Source: a virus. From it: 64,000 nucleotides of DNA. Position 1 is the first letter of the stretch; every line of letters starts with the position of its first letter. The translations under genes were made by a program, and so were the position numbers. The DNA is taken from positions 32,001 to 96,000 of IMG/VR virus record IMGVR_UViG_3300045971_000354. The stretch is one strand, 5' to 3'. This document shows, piece after piece, positions 24,158 to 37,000 of the stretch. Below the pieces are notes generated by a model. It did no database searches and was not told the DNA's origin. It saw only the letters and a program-made list of their open reading frames with translations.

Positions 24158-24598
24158 ATGGCCTATAAAAATATCGTAATTTCACCTGCTAATGTTAGTA
24201 ACCAACAATCTGTGAAACAAAGTCAGTTCTATAAAGGCTTTAGCACCGTTAACGATGCAAGTCTAACGAACAAGCTTTACGATTTTAAGCTAGTTGAACA
24301 AGACATAATGAATATGTTTCAGACAAAGCAAGGTGAGCGAGTAATGAATCCGACGTTTGGAACCGTGATTTGGAGTTTAATCTACGAGCCGTTCACCGAC
24401 GACATTAAACAACTAATTGCAGCAGATGTTACTCGAATATTAAACTATGATCCACGAGTGATTCCGACAAACATCGATATTACTGAAGCAGAATACGGTA
24501 TGATAATTGATGCTACACTGTTTTATGTTAATCAAAATCTTTCACAAAAGATGCAATTATTGTTTGATAAAGAATCAGGCGTAGTCACTGCACAATAA
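24158..24598 (+). CDS. gp25: Baseplate wedge subunit (gp25-like)
   Basis: TKQGERVMNPTFG...L.YEP...YDPRV motif. Confidence 0.9.
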   Translation: MAYKNIVISPANVSNQQSVKQSQFYKGFSTVNDASLTNKLYDFKLVEQDIMNMFQTKQGERVMNPTFGTVIWSLIYEPFTDDIKQLIAADVTRILNYDPRVIPTNIDITEAEYGMIIDATLFYVNQNLSQKMQLLFDKESGVVTAQ

Positions 24599-24650
24599 AC
24601 ACCAACTTAATTTTATCAATAAATATGTTATCCAGGACACTGCATAGCAT

Positions 24651-27600
24651 ATGATACCATCAACAAAAAACCAATTATTAGTTTCACAGACGTGGACTAA
24701 GATTTACCAAAGTTTCCGCAACGCAGACTTTCAAAGCTACGACTTTGATACGCTTCGTCGCACAATGATTACGTATCTGCGTGAAACCTATCCTGAAGAA
24801 TTTAATGATTACATAGATAGCAGTGAATATATTGCTCTTATTGACCTTATTGCGTACCTTGGCCAAAATTTAAGCTTCCGCATTGACTTAAATGCTCGCG
24901 AAAACTTCCTAGAAACTGCTCAACGTAAAGACAGTGTATTGCGCCTTGCACAACTTATTAGCTATAATCCTAAAAGAAACATTCCTGCCAATGGAATGTT
25001 AAAGATTACTTCTATTAAAACAAATGAAAGTGTAATAGATGCAAATGGTACAAACTTAGCCAATCGTACAGTTGGGTGGAACGATCCTACAAACACTAAT
25101 TGGTATCAACAGTTTGTTAGTATTCTAAATACAGCAATGCCCGGATCGTCAGTTTTTGGTCGCCCGCACGATTCTGGCCTTATTAATAACATCAAAACTG
25201 ATCAATACTTTGTAAACAACCAAGGAACTGATCTTCCTATTTTTAGTTTAAGCAAGTCAATTAACGGCACAAATATGACATTTGAAATTGCCGGCGCCAC
25301 ATTTAGCGGTAAAGACTATGTTTACGAAAATACACCAGTGCCCGGCGGCGAGTTTAGTTATATATTTCAAAACGATAATCAAGGTGCAGGTTCTTCTAAC
25401 TCTGGATTTTTTGTGCACTTCCGTCAAGGAACTATGGCATCAACTCAGTTTTCGATTACGCATCCTGTAGCAAATGAGCTTGTTGGAGTTAATGCTAACG
25501 GAATTAATAATAGCGATGTATGGCTTTGGCAATTAGACGGTTCTGGAAATTATAGTACACTGTGGACTAAAGTAGATGCATTAGTTGGAAACAACATAAT
25601 TTATAATAATCTTGCAAATAATATTAGAACAGTCTATGCAGTTAGCTCTAGAGCAAACGATCAGATTGATTTGAACTTTACGGACGGCGGATTTGGCGAT
25701 TTACCAAAAGGCACTTTTAGATTATTTTACCGTCAAAGTAACGGACAAACATATACAATTACTCCTGACCAACTTTCAGGGGTGAATATTACTATTCCTT
25801 ATGCTAATAAAGCAGGCAATATCTATAATCTTACACTAACTTTAAGTTTACAATATACTGTAACTAATAGTAGTGCGCCGGAGAGTATTGAAAGTATTAA
25901 GCAAAAAGCACCGCAAACATATTATCTACAAAACAGAATGATCACTGCGGAAGATTACAATGTCGGTCCTCTCAGTGTTGGGAATAATGTTTTAAAAGTT
26001 ACTAGTACCAATCGTGTTTCAAGCGGTATTTCTAAATATTTTGAACTATCTGATGTTAGCGGAAAATATTCTAGTACAGATATCTATGCACATGACGGAA
26101 TACTTTATAAAGATGCAAAACTATCTAGTTTTGAATTTAAGTTCACCTCGCGTAATGAAGTGTTTGCTGCAATAAAAAATTCTCTTGAACCAATAGTTGC
26201 AGCTAACGGCTTTAAGAATTTTTACTTTGAAAGAACTAACTATCCTCGTCCTGCATTTTCTAATTTAAAGATTAGTTGGTCGCTAGTTACTAAGAAAGTT
26301 GATCAATCAACTGGTTATTTTTCAAATGCCGATACATCACCAGTTCAGACTGGATATTTTAGTAGTAGTGATACCGCTTATATTACATCGGGCGCCTTAA
26401 TTAAATTTCAATATGTAGAAAGCGGCGTCACAAAAACTATTTGGTCAAAAGTTTTACAAGTTATCGGTGATGGTGCAAATTCCGGAAAAGGAGTGCTTAA
26501 TGATGGAACCGGCCCCATTGTTTTAACGGGTAAAATTCCTAATAAAGCAACTCCGGTAGAAATTATTCCTGCATTTGTTAGTGTGTTTAGCTATGCGTTT
26601 GAAACTCAGATGGTTAATCTCTGTGTTGCACAACGAAATTTTGCATTAAGTTTTGATAGAGTTTCAAGACAGTGGTTTATTATTACCGAATCTAATTTAG
26701 ATGCTATTTCAAATTTTGATTTAACATATCAAAGCGATATAAGCAATACGCAAAAAGATTCAAGTTGGATGATTTTATTCCAGTGGACTGGTATTGCATA
26801 CAAAGTATCTTACCGATCGTTAGAATATATTTTTGAAAGCGATAAACAAACTGCATTCTTTGTAGACTATTCTAATAACAATTATGATTATACTACAAAT
26901 AAAATTATTAAAGATCAAATTGATGTGTTAATGTTTAACCCGTTGCCAAATCCTAATACTGCTTCTCAAGGATTAGGTGTAGATTATCGTTGGCAAATTG
27001 ATAGCCCTGTCATTGAACCCGATGGATATATTGAACCTAAGAAAGTTGTTATTGGATTTTATAGCGCAAATAATGACGGTCAAATTGATACACCTGATGC
27101 ATTTACTGAAATCGTTAATCCTTATTATTCTGATAGCAACGGCACTTATCAAAATTTTATCTATTTTGAAATTTTAAGTGATAGAAATAGATATCAATTA
27201 ATGGCGGATCAAACATTAATTACTCCGTATGCAAATGAAACTTCTGCTCGAACTCTTGCGACCTCGCTAACAGAAGGACAGTTATTTTATTTTTACAACG
27301 ACGATGCAGTGACGAAATATACGAACGGCATGTTTGTTTTAGATACAACTCATTTTGCTAAATCTGGCCGCGCATCTATGAAGTTCCATTACATACACAA
27401 CAGCGGGCAAGAACGTAGAATAGATCCGGGAAAATCAAATATTATTGATATCTATGTGTTAACATCAGATTACGATAATGCATTTAGATCATATTTACAG
27501 TCTGGATCAACTACATTACCGTTAGCTCCGACAAGTCAAAGCTTAGAAAATAATTTTGCAGGTGCACTAGATACTATTAAGTCGATTTCGGATACACTAG

Positions 27601-28022
27601 TATTTCACCCTGCAAATTACAAAACATTATTTGGCTCTAAGTCGGCATTAAATTTACAAGGTACTTTCAAAGCAGTGCGAAATCCTACGAGGATAACTAG
27701 TGATAACGATCTGATTACAAGAATTCTTGCATCTATTAACAGTTTTTTTAGTGTTGATAATTGGGAGTTTGGTCAGTCGTTTAATTTTACAGAACTATCA
27801 ACCTACGTGCTAAATCAAATGACACCGGACATTTTAAATTTTATTATTGTTCCTAAGAATTCGAATATTCCGTTTGGTAGTTTATTTGAAATTGCATGTC
27901 AGTCTAACGAAATTTTAGTTAGCGGTGCAACAGCAAGCGACATAGAAATTATCGATTCAGTTACATCATCACAAATTAATGCAGTATCACCAATCATTAC
28001 AAATACAAATGCGAGCACATAA
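24651..28022 (+). CDS. gp6: Baseplate wedge subunit (gp6-like)
   Basis: DFDTLR, FNDYIDSS, LIDLIAY, ENFLETAQ, ESIESIKQKAP and QNRMITAEDY. Confidence 0.9.
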   Translation: MIPSTKNQLLVSQTWTKIYQSFRNADFQSYDFDTLRRTMITYLRETYPEEFNDYIDSSEYIALIDLIAYLGQNLSFRIDLNARENFLETAQRKDSVLRLAQLISYNPKRNIPANGMLKITSIKTNESVIDANGTNLANRTVGWNDPTNTNWYQQFVSILNTAMPGSSVFGRPHDSGLINNIKTDQYFVNNQGTDLPIFSLSKSINGTNMTFEIAGATFSGKDYVYENTPVPGGEFSYIFQNDNQGAGSSNSGFFVHFRQGTMASTQFSITHPVANELVGVNANGINNSDVWLWQLDGSGNYSTLWTKVDALVGNNIIYNNLANNIRTVYAVSSRANDQIDLNFTDGGFGDLPKGTFRLFYRQSNGQTYTITPDQLSGVNITIPYANKAGNIYNLTLTLSLQYTVTNSSAPESIESIKQKAPQTYYLQNRMITAEDYNVGPLSVGNNVLKVTSTNRVSSGISKYFELSDVSGKYSSTDIYAHDGILYKDAKLSSFEFKFTSRNEVFAAIKNSLEPIVAANGFKNFYFERTNYPRPAFSNLKISWSLVTKKVDQSTGYFSNADTSPVQTGYFSSSDTAYITSGALIKFQYVESGVTKTIWSKVLQVIGDGANSGKGVLNDGTGPIVLTGKIPNKATPVEIIPAFVSVFSYAFETQMVNLCVAQRNFALSFDRVSRQWFIITESNLDAISNFDLTYQSDISNTQKDSSWMILFQWTGIAYKVSYRSLEYIFESDKQTAFFVDYSNNNYDYTTNKIIKDQIDVLMFNPLPNPNTASQGLGVDYRWQIDSPVIEPDGYIEPKKVVIGFYSANNDGQIDTPDAFTEIVNPYYSDSNGTYQNFIYFEILSDRNRYQLMADQTLITPYANETSARTLATSLTEGQLFYFYNDDAVTKYTNGMFVLDTTHFAKSGRASMKFHYIHNSGQERRIDPGKSNIIDIYVLTSDYDNAFRSYLQSGSTTLPLAPTSQSLENNFAGALDTIKSISDTLVFHPANYKTLFGSKSALNLQGTFKAVRNPTRITSDNDLITRILASINSFFSVDNWEFGQSFNFTELSTYVLNQMTPDILNFIIVPKNSNIPFGSLFEIACQSNEILVSGATASDIEIIDSVTSSQINAVSPIITNTNAST

Positions 28023-28024
28023 TA

Positions 28025-31000
28025 ATGGCAAGTAGAGACATTTCAAAACCAGTCGACATTAATAATTCATCGGTTACCCGCCGCTCATCGGATTTATTGC
28101 CCGGTTATCTTAGAACAGATAAGAACACTAAATTTTTAGCTAGCACGTTAGATCAATTTATTCAACAACCTGAATTAGAGCGCGTTAACGGATTTGTAGG
28201 AAGCAAAGAAAGTGTAAACTATAATGCATCTACTGATAATTATATTGACGGCGGAACTCCTTTACGTAATGCATATCAACTAGAGCCTAGTCTTGTAATT
28301 AAGGATGTACAAGGGGCGATTAATATAGCATTAGGATATGATGATCTTATTAATGAATTAGGATTTTCAGGAGCAGATACCTCCAATTTAGATAGAATGT
28401 TTAGACCACGTTCGCATTCTTATGATCCTAGAATTGATTGGGATAAGTTTGTTAATTATAATCAATATTACTGGATGCCGCTCGGCCCTGATGTTATTGA
28501 GATTACCGGGTTGCAAAAGCATACAGTTAGTACATATTCAGTTACTGATTCTGCTGACGGTAACTCATTAATTTTCATGCCTGACGGGTTAACTCCTACT
28601 CCTCTATTAACATTGTACAGAGGCATGACTTACATTTTTAATGTAACTAGTAAATATTCTTTCTATATCAAGACATCATATGTTATCGGAGCATCTAATT
28701 TATACGAAGGCGCATCTGGTAATGGATCTAAAAATGGGCAGGTAGTTCTTACTGTTGATGATTTTACTCCTAACACTTTATTTTATTTTGCCGAAGGAAA
28801 TCCAAATGCCATCGGCCAGATTTCCATTAAGACACTTTCTGAAGATACTGTGATTGATGTTGATGCATCGATTGTAGGGAAAGAAACATTTACTGCTAAT
28901 AACGGTATTACACTTAGCAACGGAATGAAGATTAAATTTGCAGGTTCGGTAACTCCTGCATATTACGAAAACAAGGAATTTTTTGTAGAAGGTGTTGGCA
29001 GTGCAATTGTGTTGGTTGATTTTGCTAGTTTAACTAACGTTGGAACTGGAACAACAAATATAGATCCTAATTTTGATGCTACTCCTTTTGATCAATATCC
29101 GTTTGATGATTTCCAATTCCTGCCATTGACTCCTGAATATATTACTAGCAACCGTGCAAGCCCTGATGCAAACCCGTGGGCACGGTATAATCGTTGGGTT
29201 CATAAAGACGTTATTGCAGTCACCGCAACTGCAAATAATGTTCCATTAGTATACCCTAATGAGATGAGAGCACACCGTCCGATTGTTGAGTTTGTAGCAG
29301 GTCTGCAACTTTACAATTCTGGTGCAATCGCTAAACAATATGTAGATTTAATCGATACTTCCACTGCTAATGCTTTTTCGACTGTAGAAGGTACTCCTGG
29401 ATTTTATATTGATGGTGTATTAGTTGAGCAAGGCCATCGTGTTATTTTTAATGCAGATACTGATTCTCTTGTTAGGGGTAAAATTTACGAAGTAAAGTTT
29501 GTAATTATTAACAATCAACAAATTATTAATTTAGAAGAAACACTAGATAGCACACCATTTATAAACAATGCTGTTCTTGCAATCAGAGGAACACAGTATG
29601 CAGGATCTAATTGGTGGTTCAACGGCGACAAGTGGGTATTTGGACAACAAAAGACATTAACAAATCAGCTTCCGTTATTTGAATTATATGATAATCAAGG
29701 AAACCGTTTCTCTGATCAATCAATATATCAAAGTTCGTTCCTTGGAACTAGGGTTTTTAATTATGCAGTTGGAACAGGAAGTAATGATCCTGTTTTAGGA
29801 TTTCCATTTACCTACCGAAATATTTCAAGTGTTGGAGAGTATCTGTTTAACAATTATTATATGACAGATAAATTTAACAACTTTAAGAATGGTGCAGTTG
29901 AAGTTATTAATGTATCAACTGGATTTTTAAAATTAAACGATGCTACCGGCAACTCAACATTTATTACAGTATGGTCTCCTGCCGCTACTCGTGCTGTTTC
30001 AGTTAATTCTAGCAGATTTTATGAGCCGCCTACTAATTTAACTAATAATCCGTTAAACGGATCTATTACTGATTTCTCTTTCTCAGAATTAAGCGATCAT
30101 GCTAAAACTATTGCTGATAACAACAGTAAATTTATTGGAGTGTTCCCAGGAACCAATAATCTTAGAGATTTAAAAAATATAAGCACGTTTGGTACTCGTT
30201 TAGTTAGTCACGATAACCCTATGAGCTTTGCACATTATTTTTTAGGAACTAAAGAAAATAATATTATTGATGCAATTAGAAAAGTATCGAATGATTATAA
30301 TCAGTTTAAATCTGTATTACTTAGGAATATTCCTAAGTTTAAAGGAACATATACCGCTGCAGAAACATTAGATAATATTTTAGTATCTTTAAATTCTACT
30401 AAAGACACGACAGCATCTTATAACTATTCAGATATGCTTGCTCACGGAAGCAGTAATGTTTCTAGAAAATTTACAGTAACTGATAGTCGAAATGTTCGAT
30501 ATAGTCTTGCATCATTATTTGATGACAGCATATTATCTGAACGTGCAGTTTTAGTTTATGTTAATGATTCTATATTAGTTAACAAGCACGATTATCTAAT
30601 TGAACAATATACTCCTACGATTACTATTAGCAAACCGTTAGTTAAAGGCGATATAATTACTATTTTAGATTATAGTAGCACAGTAGGTAGTTTTGTACCT
30701 TCTACTCCTACTAAACTAGGACTATACCCAAAGTTTGCACCTAAAATATATGTCGACGATACATATATTACTCCGCAGTGTGTAATACAAGGGCATGACG
30801 GCAATATTATGATTGCATTTACTTCGGTTGATGCATTTAAAAATAACAACATTGATGATCGAGATTTAGTTATCATGGAATATGAATCTCGTATTTTCAA
30901 TAATCTAAAGATACAGTATAATCCTGAGTTATTAGATATTAATTCTATAATTCCGGGTGCATTTAGAAAAACTGATTTTTTACCGAATGAAATTACTAAA

Positions 31001-34000
31001 TTTATTACTCCTGATTTCTTACGTTGGGCAAGTTATTTCGGGGTAGATTATCAGACTAAAGTATCTGATGGGCATCCATTTACATATAACTATTCAGGGT
31101 CGTTTGATTCTATCTCTAACGCACCTGTTTCTGGATATTGGAGAAATATTTATAAGCATTTCTTTGACACCGATCGCCCGCATACTCATCCTTGGGAAAT
31201 GCTTGGTTTTACTGAGCAACCTATATGGTGGGAATCTGTATATGGCCCAGCGCCGTATACTTCCGGTAATGGAGTGATGTGGAAAGATCTCGAAGATGGA
31301 CGTATTGCCTCGGGTACTCGAGCAGGAATTGACTCAATGTATGCTCGTCCAGGATTACATAAAATTATTCCAGTAGATGCAAGCGGAGTATTATTGGATC
31401 CAATTGATGCGGGTATTACAGATACTACAAATATTAGTTTAGAGGTGTCGTTATGGCAAGCAGGGGATTGTGCTCCTGCAGAAACTACATGGCGTAGAAG
31501 CAGTTATTGGCCTTTCGTTTGCCAAGTTGTACTAGCACTTGCTAACCCTGCATCATATGCAGCATTATGTTTTGACCCTAGTAGAATGCATAAAAATATT
31601 GCAGGTCAATATAAGTACGGCACATCTGGCATATTTTTAAATCCAACTAACGTTTTATTATTCAGAGACACTGTAAATAACACTAGAGTATTATCTAGTG
31701 GATACAGTGTATTTGTGATTGAGGCAGGTATTGCTAGAAATATAAATTATCTTAATGTTTTAAACTCAGATTTTGCAAATTTAGATTATAACTTGATGGT
31801 TAAGTTAGGAGGTTTTGCAAGTAAAGAAAAATTACAAGTGGGTATTGATTCAGTTGATCCTACTAGCACATATGCTGGCTCGTTAGTGCCAAGTGAAGAT
31901 TATACAATATTTTATAATCAAAGTTCTCCGATTGACAGCATTAATATTTCAGGACTTGTAATTCAAAAAACTGAAAGAGGATGGATGGTAAAAGGTTACG
32001 ATAAGTATCGTCCGTATTTCACGATATTTACACCTTTTACATCTGCATTCGATCAAGCAGAACAGGTAGGAGGAGTTAGTGCACCGTACGTAAATTGGGC
32101 ACCTAACACTACCTATAATATTGGTGATATTGTATTCAACAGTGATCGCTATTATCGTGTGTTGGCAAGACATAACAGTGATACTACTTTTAATAAAGTA
32201 TATTATCAATCATTACCGTATCTGCCAATAGTTGGCGGCGCAAGCGTTCTTCGCCGAACCGTATTTGATACTAGTGAAACTATTATTAATTACGGGTCTG
32301 AATACTATTCTGTTCAAGATGTGGATGACTTAATTATGGGTTACGGTAAGTGGTTAGAATCTAAAGGATTTGTATTTAACGAGTATAATGGCGATTTAGA
32401 TCATGTATTAGACTGGAGTTTTTCCGCTCGTGAATTTTTGTATTGGACTACTCAGAATTGGGCACCTAACTCAATTATTACATTGAGCCCATTTGCAAAT
32501 AAATTAGTATTCCAATCAGATGTTGGAGTAGTTAATAGTATAACTGATTCTTTCTATGAATATAGTTTACTAAAAGCAGACGGCGGCGCTTTCCCTGAAC
32601 ATAATTTTAGTATTGTTCGATTAGATGGCGTGTTCTCGTTAAGTACAGTTAACACTACTGACGGTATATATTTTGCCAGACTCAATCTTGTGCAAAAAGA
32701 GCATGCATTAGTATTGAATAACTTTACAATGTTCAATGACGTTGTTTATGATGTTGAATCAGGATACCGCCAGCGCAGAGTTAAACTAAAAGGATTTAGG
32801 ACAGCTAACTGGAACGGTGATTTCTTTAGTCCTGGTTTTATTTTCGATCAAGCAATAATAAACGATTGGCAAAAATTTACAGACTACGGAGTTGGGGAAG
32901 TTGTTAGATTCTCGGGAAAATACTATTCTGCACCAAAGACTACTCCAGGTACTTCTGCATTTAATATTAATCAATGGATCCCGTTAGGAGATAAACCTAC
33001 TCCTAGATTGCTTCCTAACTTTGATTATAAGATTAATCAATTTGAAGATTTTTACAGTTTAGATATTGACAATTTTGATGTTGGGCAACAAGCTATGGCC
33101 CAACATTTAACTGGATATACTCCTCGTCCTTATCTGAACTATATTATTGGAGACCCTATTGCTCAATATAAGTTCTATCAAGGATTTATCAGAGATAAAG
33201 GTAGCCGTGCATCTCTAAATAACCTTAGTAAAGTTAGTTTAAACAATTTTCAAACTAGCGTAGACTTTAACGAAGAGTGGGCATTCCGTATAGGGCATTA
33301 TGGTGGATTTAACACTTATCAAGAACTTGAAATTAGTTTAGAATCTAATAAGTTCCTTGAGAATCCACAAATTATTGAATTCGTACCAACAAAACCGATC
33401 GGTACTTCTAATATTGTTTATTACAAAGATGCATCAGATGTAGTGGTTAAACCTGATAACTTTGATATTACATGTGTATTTGTTACAACATCGACTAGTA
33501 ATATTATAAAACTTCCAATAGCCGGATATGTTAGATTTGACGATGTATCTGCTACAGTATATAACCGTTCTAACATCTTAAATATTACTAATAATTCAAC
33601 ATTATTAGAAGGTGATACGTTCTGGATGGGATTTAGACCAGACGGTGAATGGGATGTTTTAAGATTATCTAAACAGCCTTCTGCTATATCAGACCTTGCA
33701 GTTTATATTCCTGCATCCTCGATGATTTTTAGCACATACTCAAGTCACAATCTCGCAGTCGGTGATTTAATTAGCGTTACTAAAATTGATCCCGCAGTTA
33801 ATGCTTGCTATGAAGTAATTGAGATTTTAAGCACTACTGAATTTATAGTCGCGTCGTCTCTTACTTCGTTGCCTAGCATTGCAACTCCTATTAACGGTGC
33901 TCTATTTGTTTTTAGCTCTTCGAGAGTAACTACATTTGACGATATTGCTAGTATTCCTTATTTAGAAAGATGGAAGGTTGGTGAAAAAATATGGGCAGAT

Positions 34001-37000
34001 CCTATTGATGAAAATGATACATGGAAAGTTTACGAAAAGAATGATAACTATCAACCAGTAGGTAATAATTTTACTGATGGAACAAATCAACCTGGCCAGA
34101 ATTTCGGGTCAGCAATCGCAGGTAGTTCTGATCATAAATTTATTATATCGTCGGCACCAAACTACATATCATTAACATCGTCCGGCACAGTGTTTGTTTC
34201 ATATCGTGATGTATTAAAAACTGCCCCGGAAATATTTTCATCATATACCCTTAATGACGGGTTAGGCGGAGGGTACTATACTGGAAACACTCCAACATTG
34301 TTTGGAGCTACACTAATTTTTAACCAAACAGCACGTATGGTAATTGCTGGTGCACCGTTAACTTCACAAGTTAGAAGCGTGTATCCGGGAACAGCTATAG
34401 TTAATGTAAACGGAGCCACAAATACTGGAACTGTTAATCAAGGAGTGGTTAAGCTTTCTTTATTAAAAGATGCAAATAGTAATTTTGCAGAATGGGCAGA
34501 TTCTACTGCTACTGTAACTGTAATTTCCGAATCCCCGGCTACATATTTTGGAGCAAGTTTAGCATACTCGGCAACTAACGGAAGATTAATTGTTGGCGCA
34601 CCGGGAAGTAACTCCATTTACGGATATACAGTTTCTGTATCGACTAGTTCAGTTAGCGTAGTTAAGAGTGGAAGTATTGTTGGATATGCCGGCGGATTAA
34701 AGTTCGGAACATCACTTACAGGAAATTTAGATTTAAGTATGTTTGCAGTAACTGATCCGTTGCATGTTTCTACATTGGGATCTTCTGGTACAATCCATGT
34801 TTACTATAATAACTGGCCAATTTCTTCTATCAGTTCTCAATCAATAACAGGCGACGATTTACCTATTCCTATGCAAGCCGGCGACACTTTTGCATCTTCT
34901 ATTAAGATGACTCAAGATGGAAAAATGCTAATTGCTGGTAGTCCATATGCATACGATCCTGTATTCGGCACTAAAACAGGCGTTGTTGATATTTTCATTT
35001 ATAATGGTATTAAATTTGTTCACAGTCAGAGAATTCATGCATCTACAGTTTCGTTAGATACTAAATTTGGTTATCAAGTTGATGTTAACGATAATGTTAA
35101 TTCATTAGTTATAGCAGCACATAGTCAATTTGCTTCGGCTAGTGCTACGTTTGACAAGTATGTTTACAACGATCCATTGCTATCACTAAAGCCGGTTTCT
35201 ACTACTTTTGATAGTAATTCTACTGTTTTTTATAGTAGTGAAAACAATACTGGCGATTCAAACATAGTACATAATTATGTAAAATCACCAACCGGATCTA
35301 AGTGGGTGTATGCTCAGGACCTTACAGTACCTGGAACTACTGCAACTGACTCGTTTGGGTCAGCTATATTTTTAAATGATAATTCTATATATGTCGGAGC
35401 ACCTGGATTTTCTAGTGTAGGAGTTGCAAGCAACGGGCAAATTTCTATATTTGATAAAACAGATATTAATGCGAATAGCTGGAATATATTTAGGCAACAG
35501 GAACCACTTGTTGATCTGGAACCAATTAAGCGTTCTATTACTATTGAAAATATTTCAGAACAGGTGAAAGATTATTTAGAAATAATTGATTCTGTTAAAG
35601 GAAAAATATTAGGAACAGCAGCCGCTGAACTAAAATATATTAGCTCTTATGATCCTGCGTTATATAATATAGGAGTTGACGGAGTTACAGTTAATTCCGA
35701 TGCCAACTGGCTTGATGAACATGTAGGTGAATTATGGTGGGATACTTCTTCTGTAAAATATATTTGGTATGAACAAGGCGATTTAGAATACAGAAAAAAT
35801 AACTGGAATAATATTTTTCCGGGCAGTACAATTGATGTTTATGAATGGGTGCGCTCGTCTTATCTTCCTTCGGAATGGAGCGCAGCAGAAAATACTAATG
35901 CAGGAGCAGCAGCCGGCATTAGTGGCCAACCTAAATTTACAAATGATTCTGTGGTGTCTGTTAAACAGTTTTATAATAGTAACAGCAATTCGTTCTCAAA
36001 TGTTTATTACTATTGGGTAAAGAATAAAACGACAGTACCTTCTAATATTCCGAATAGAAAGATTGCAGCATCCCAAATCTCTCAAAATATTGCGAATCCT
36101 GTAGGAAGCGGTGTGGAATTTTTAGCTTTTATTAGTCCAACTGCGGTTATTTTGGCTAATTACAAATCCTCTGTGATTACTGATACTGTTAATTTAAATA
36201 TTGGTTTCGATGTAATTAATAATTCTGCCAATCGCCATACAGAATGGGCATTGATGCAAGAGAATGATCCAAATAGTAAACCAAATTGGTTACTTGAAAA
36301 GAAATTAATTGATAGTTTACTAGGCCACGATAGTATTAATAATCCTGTACCTGATCCTGCATTACCTAGCAAATTAAAATACGGGATCGGTATTCGCCCT
36401 CGACAAAGTTTATTTGTTAATCGTAGAGAAGCTTTACGCAATATAATAGAATATTCAAATGGTATTCTACTAAACAATTTAATTACAGGCAAAGCTAATT
36501 TCAGCAATTTGTTAGCAGCTGATCAGCTCCCTGCCGCATCGACATATGATTCAATTGTTGAAGATATCTATATATTAGATTTAATTCCTACAAAGACTTT
36601 AAAAACTGCTAAAGTATCAGCAGTTGTTGATTCTGTTGGAAAAATAACTAATATTATTGTTGATCCGTTAGCCGCAGGTGCAGGTTATTTAACACCGCCG
36701 ACAATTACTATTAGTGATGTAGGCACCGGCGCAGAATTTAACGTAAATATTGATGTTCAAGGTAAGATCACATCAGTTGATGTTATAAAAGGTGGCACCG
36801 GATATTCAACAAGCATTGCACTAACAGTTAGACCATATACTGCAATTGTACGAACCGATTCTACTTCTGGCGGAAAATGGGCTAAGTATGAATGGGATGA
36901 TGTTGCATCCACATGGACAAAAACCAGAACTCAGAATTTTGATACTTCGATATATTGGAAATATATCGATTGGGCTTCGGCGGATTATAGTAACTTTACT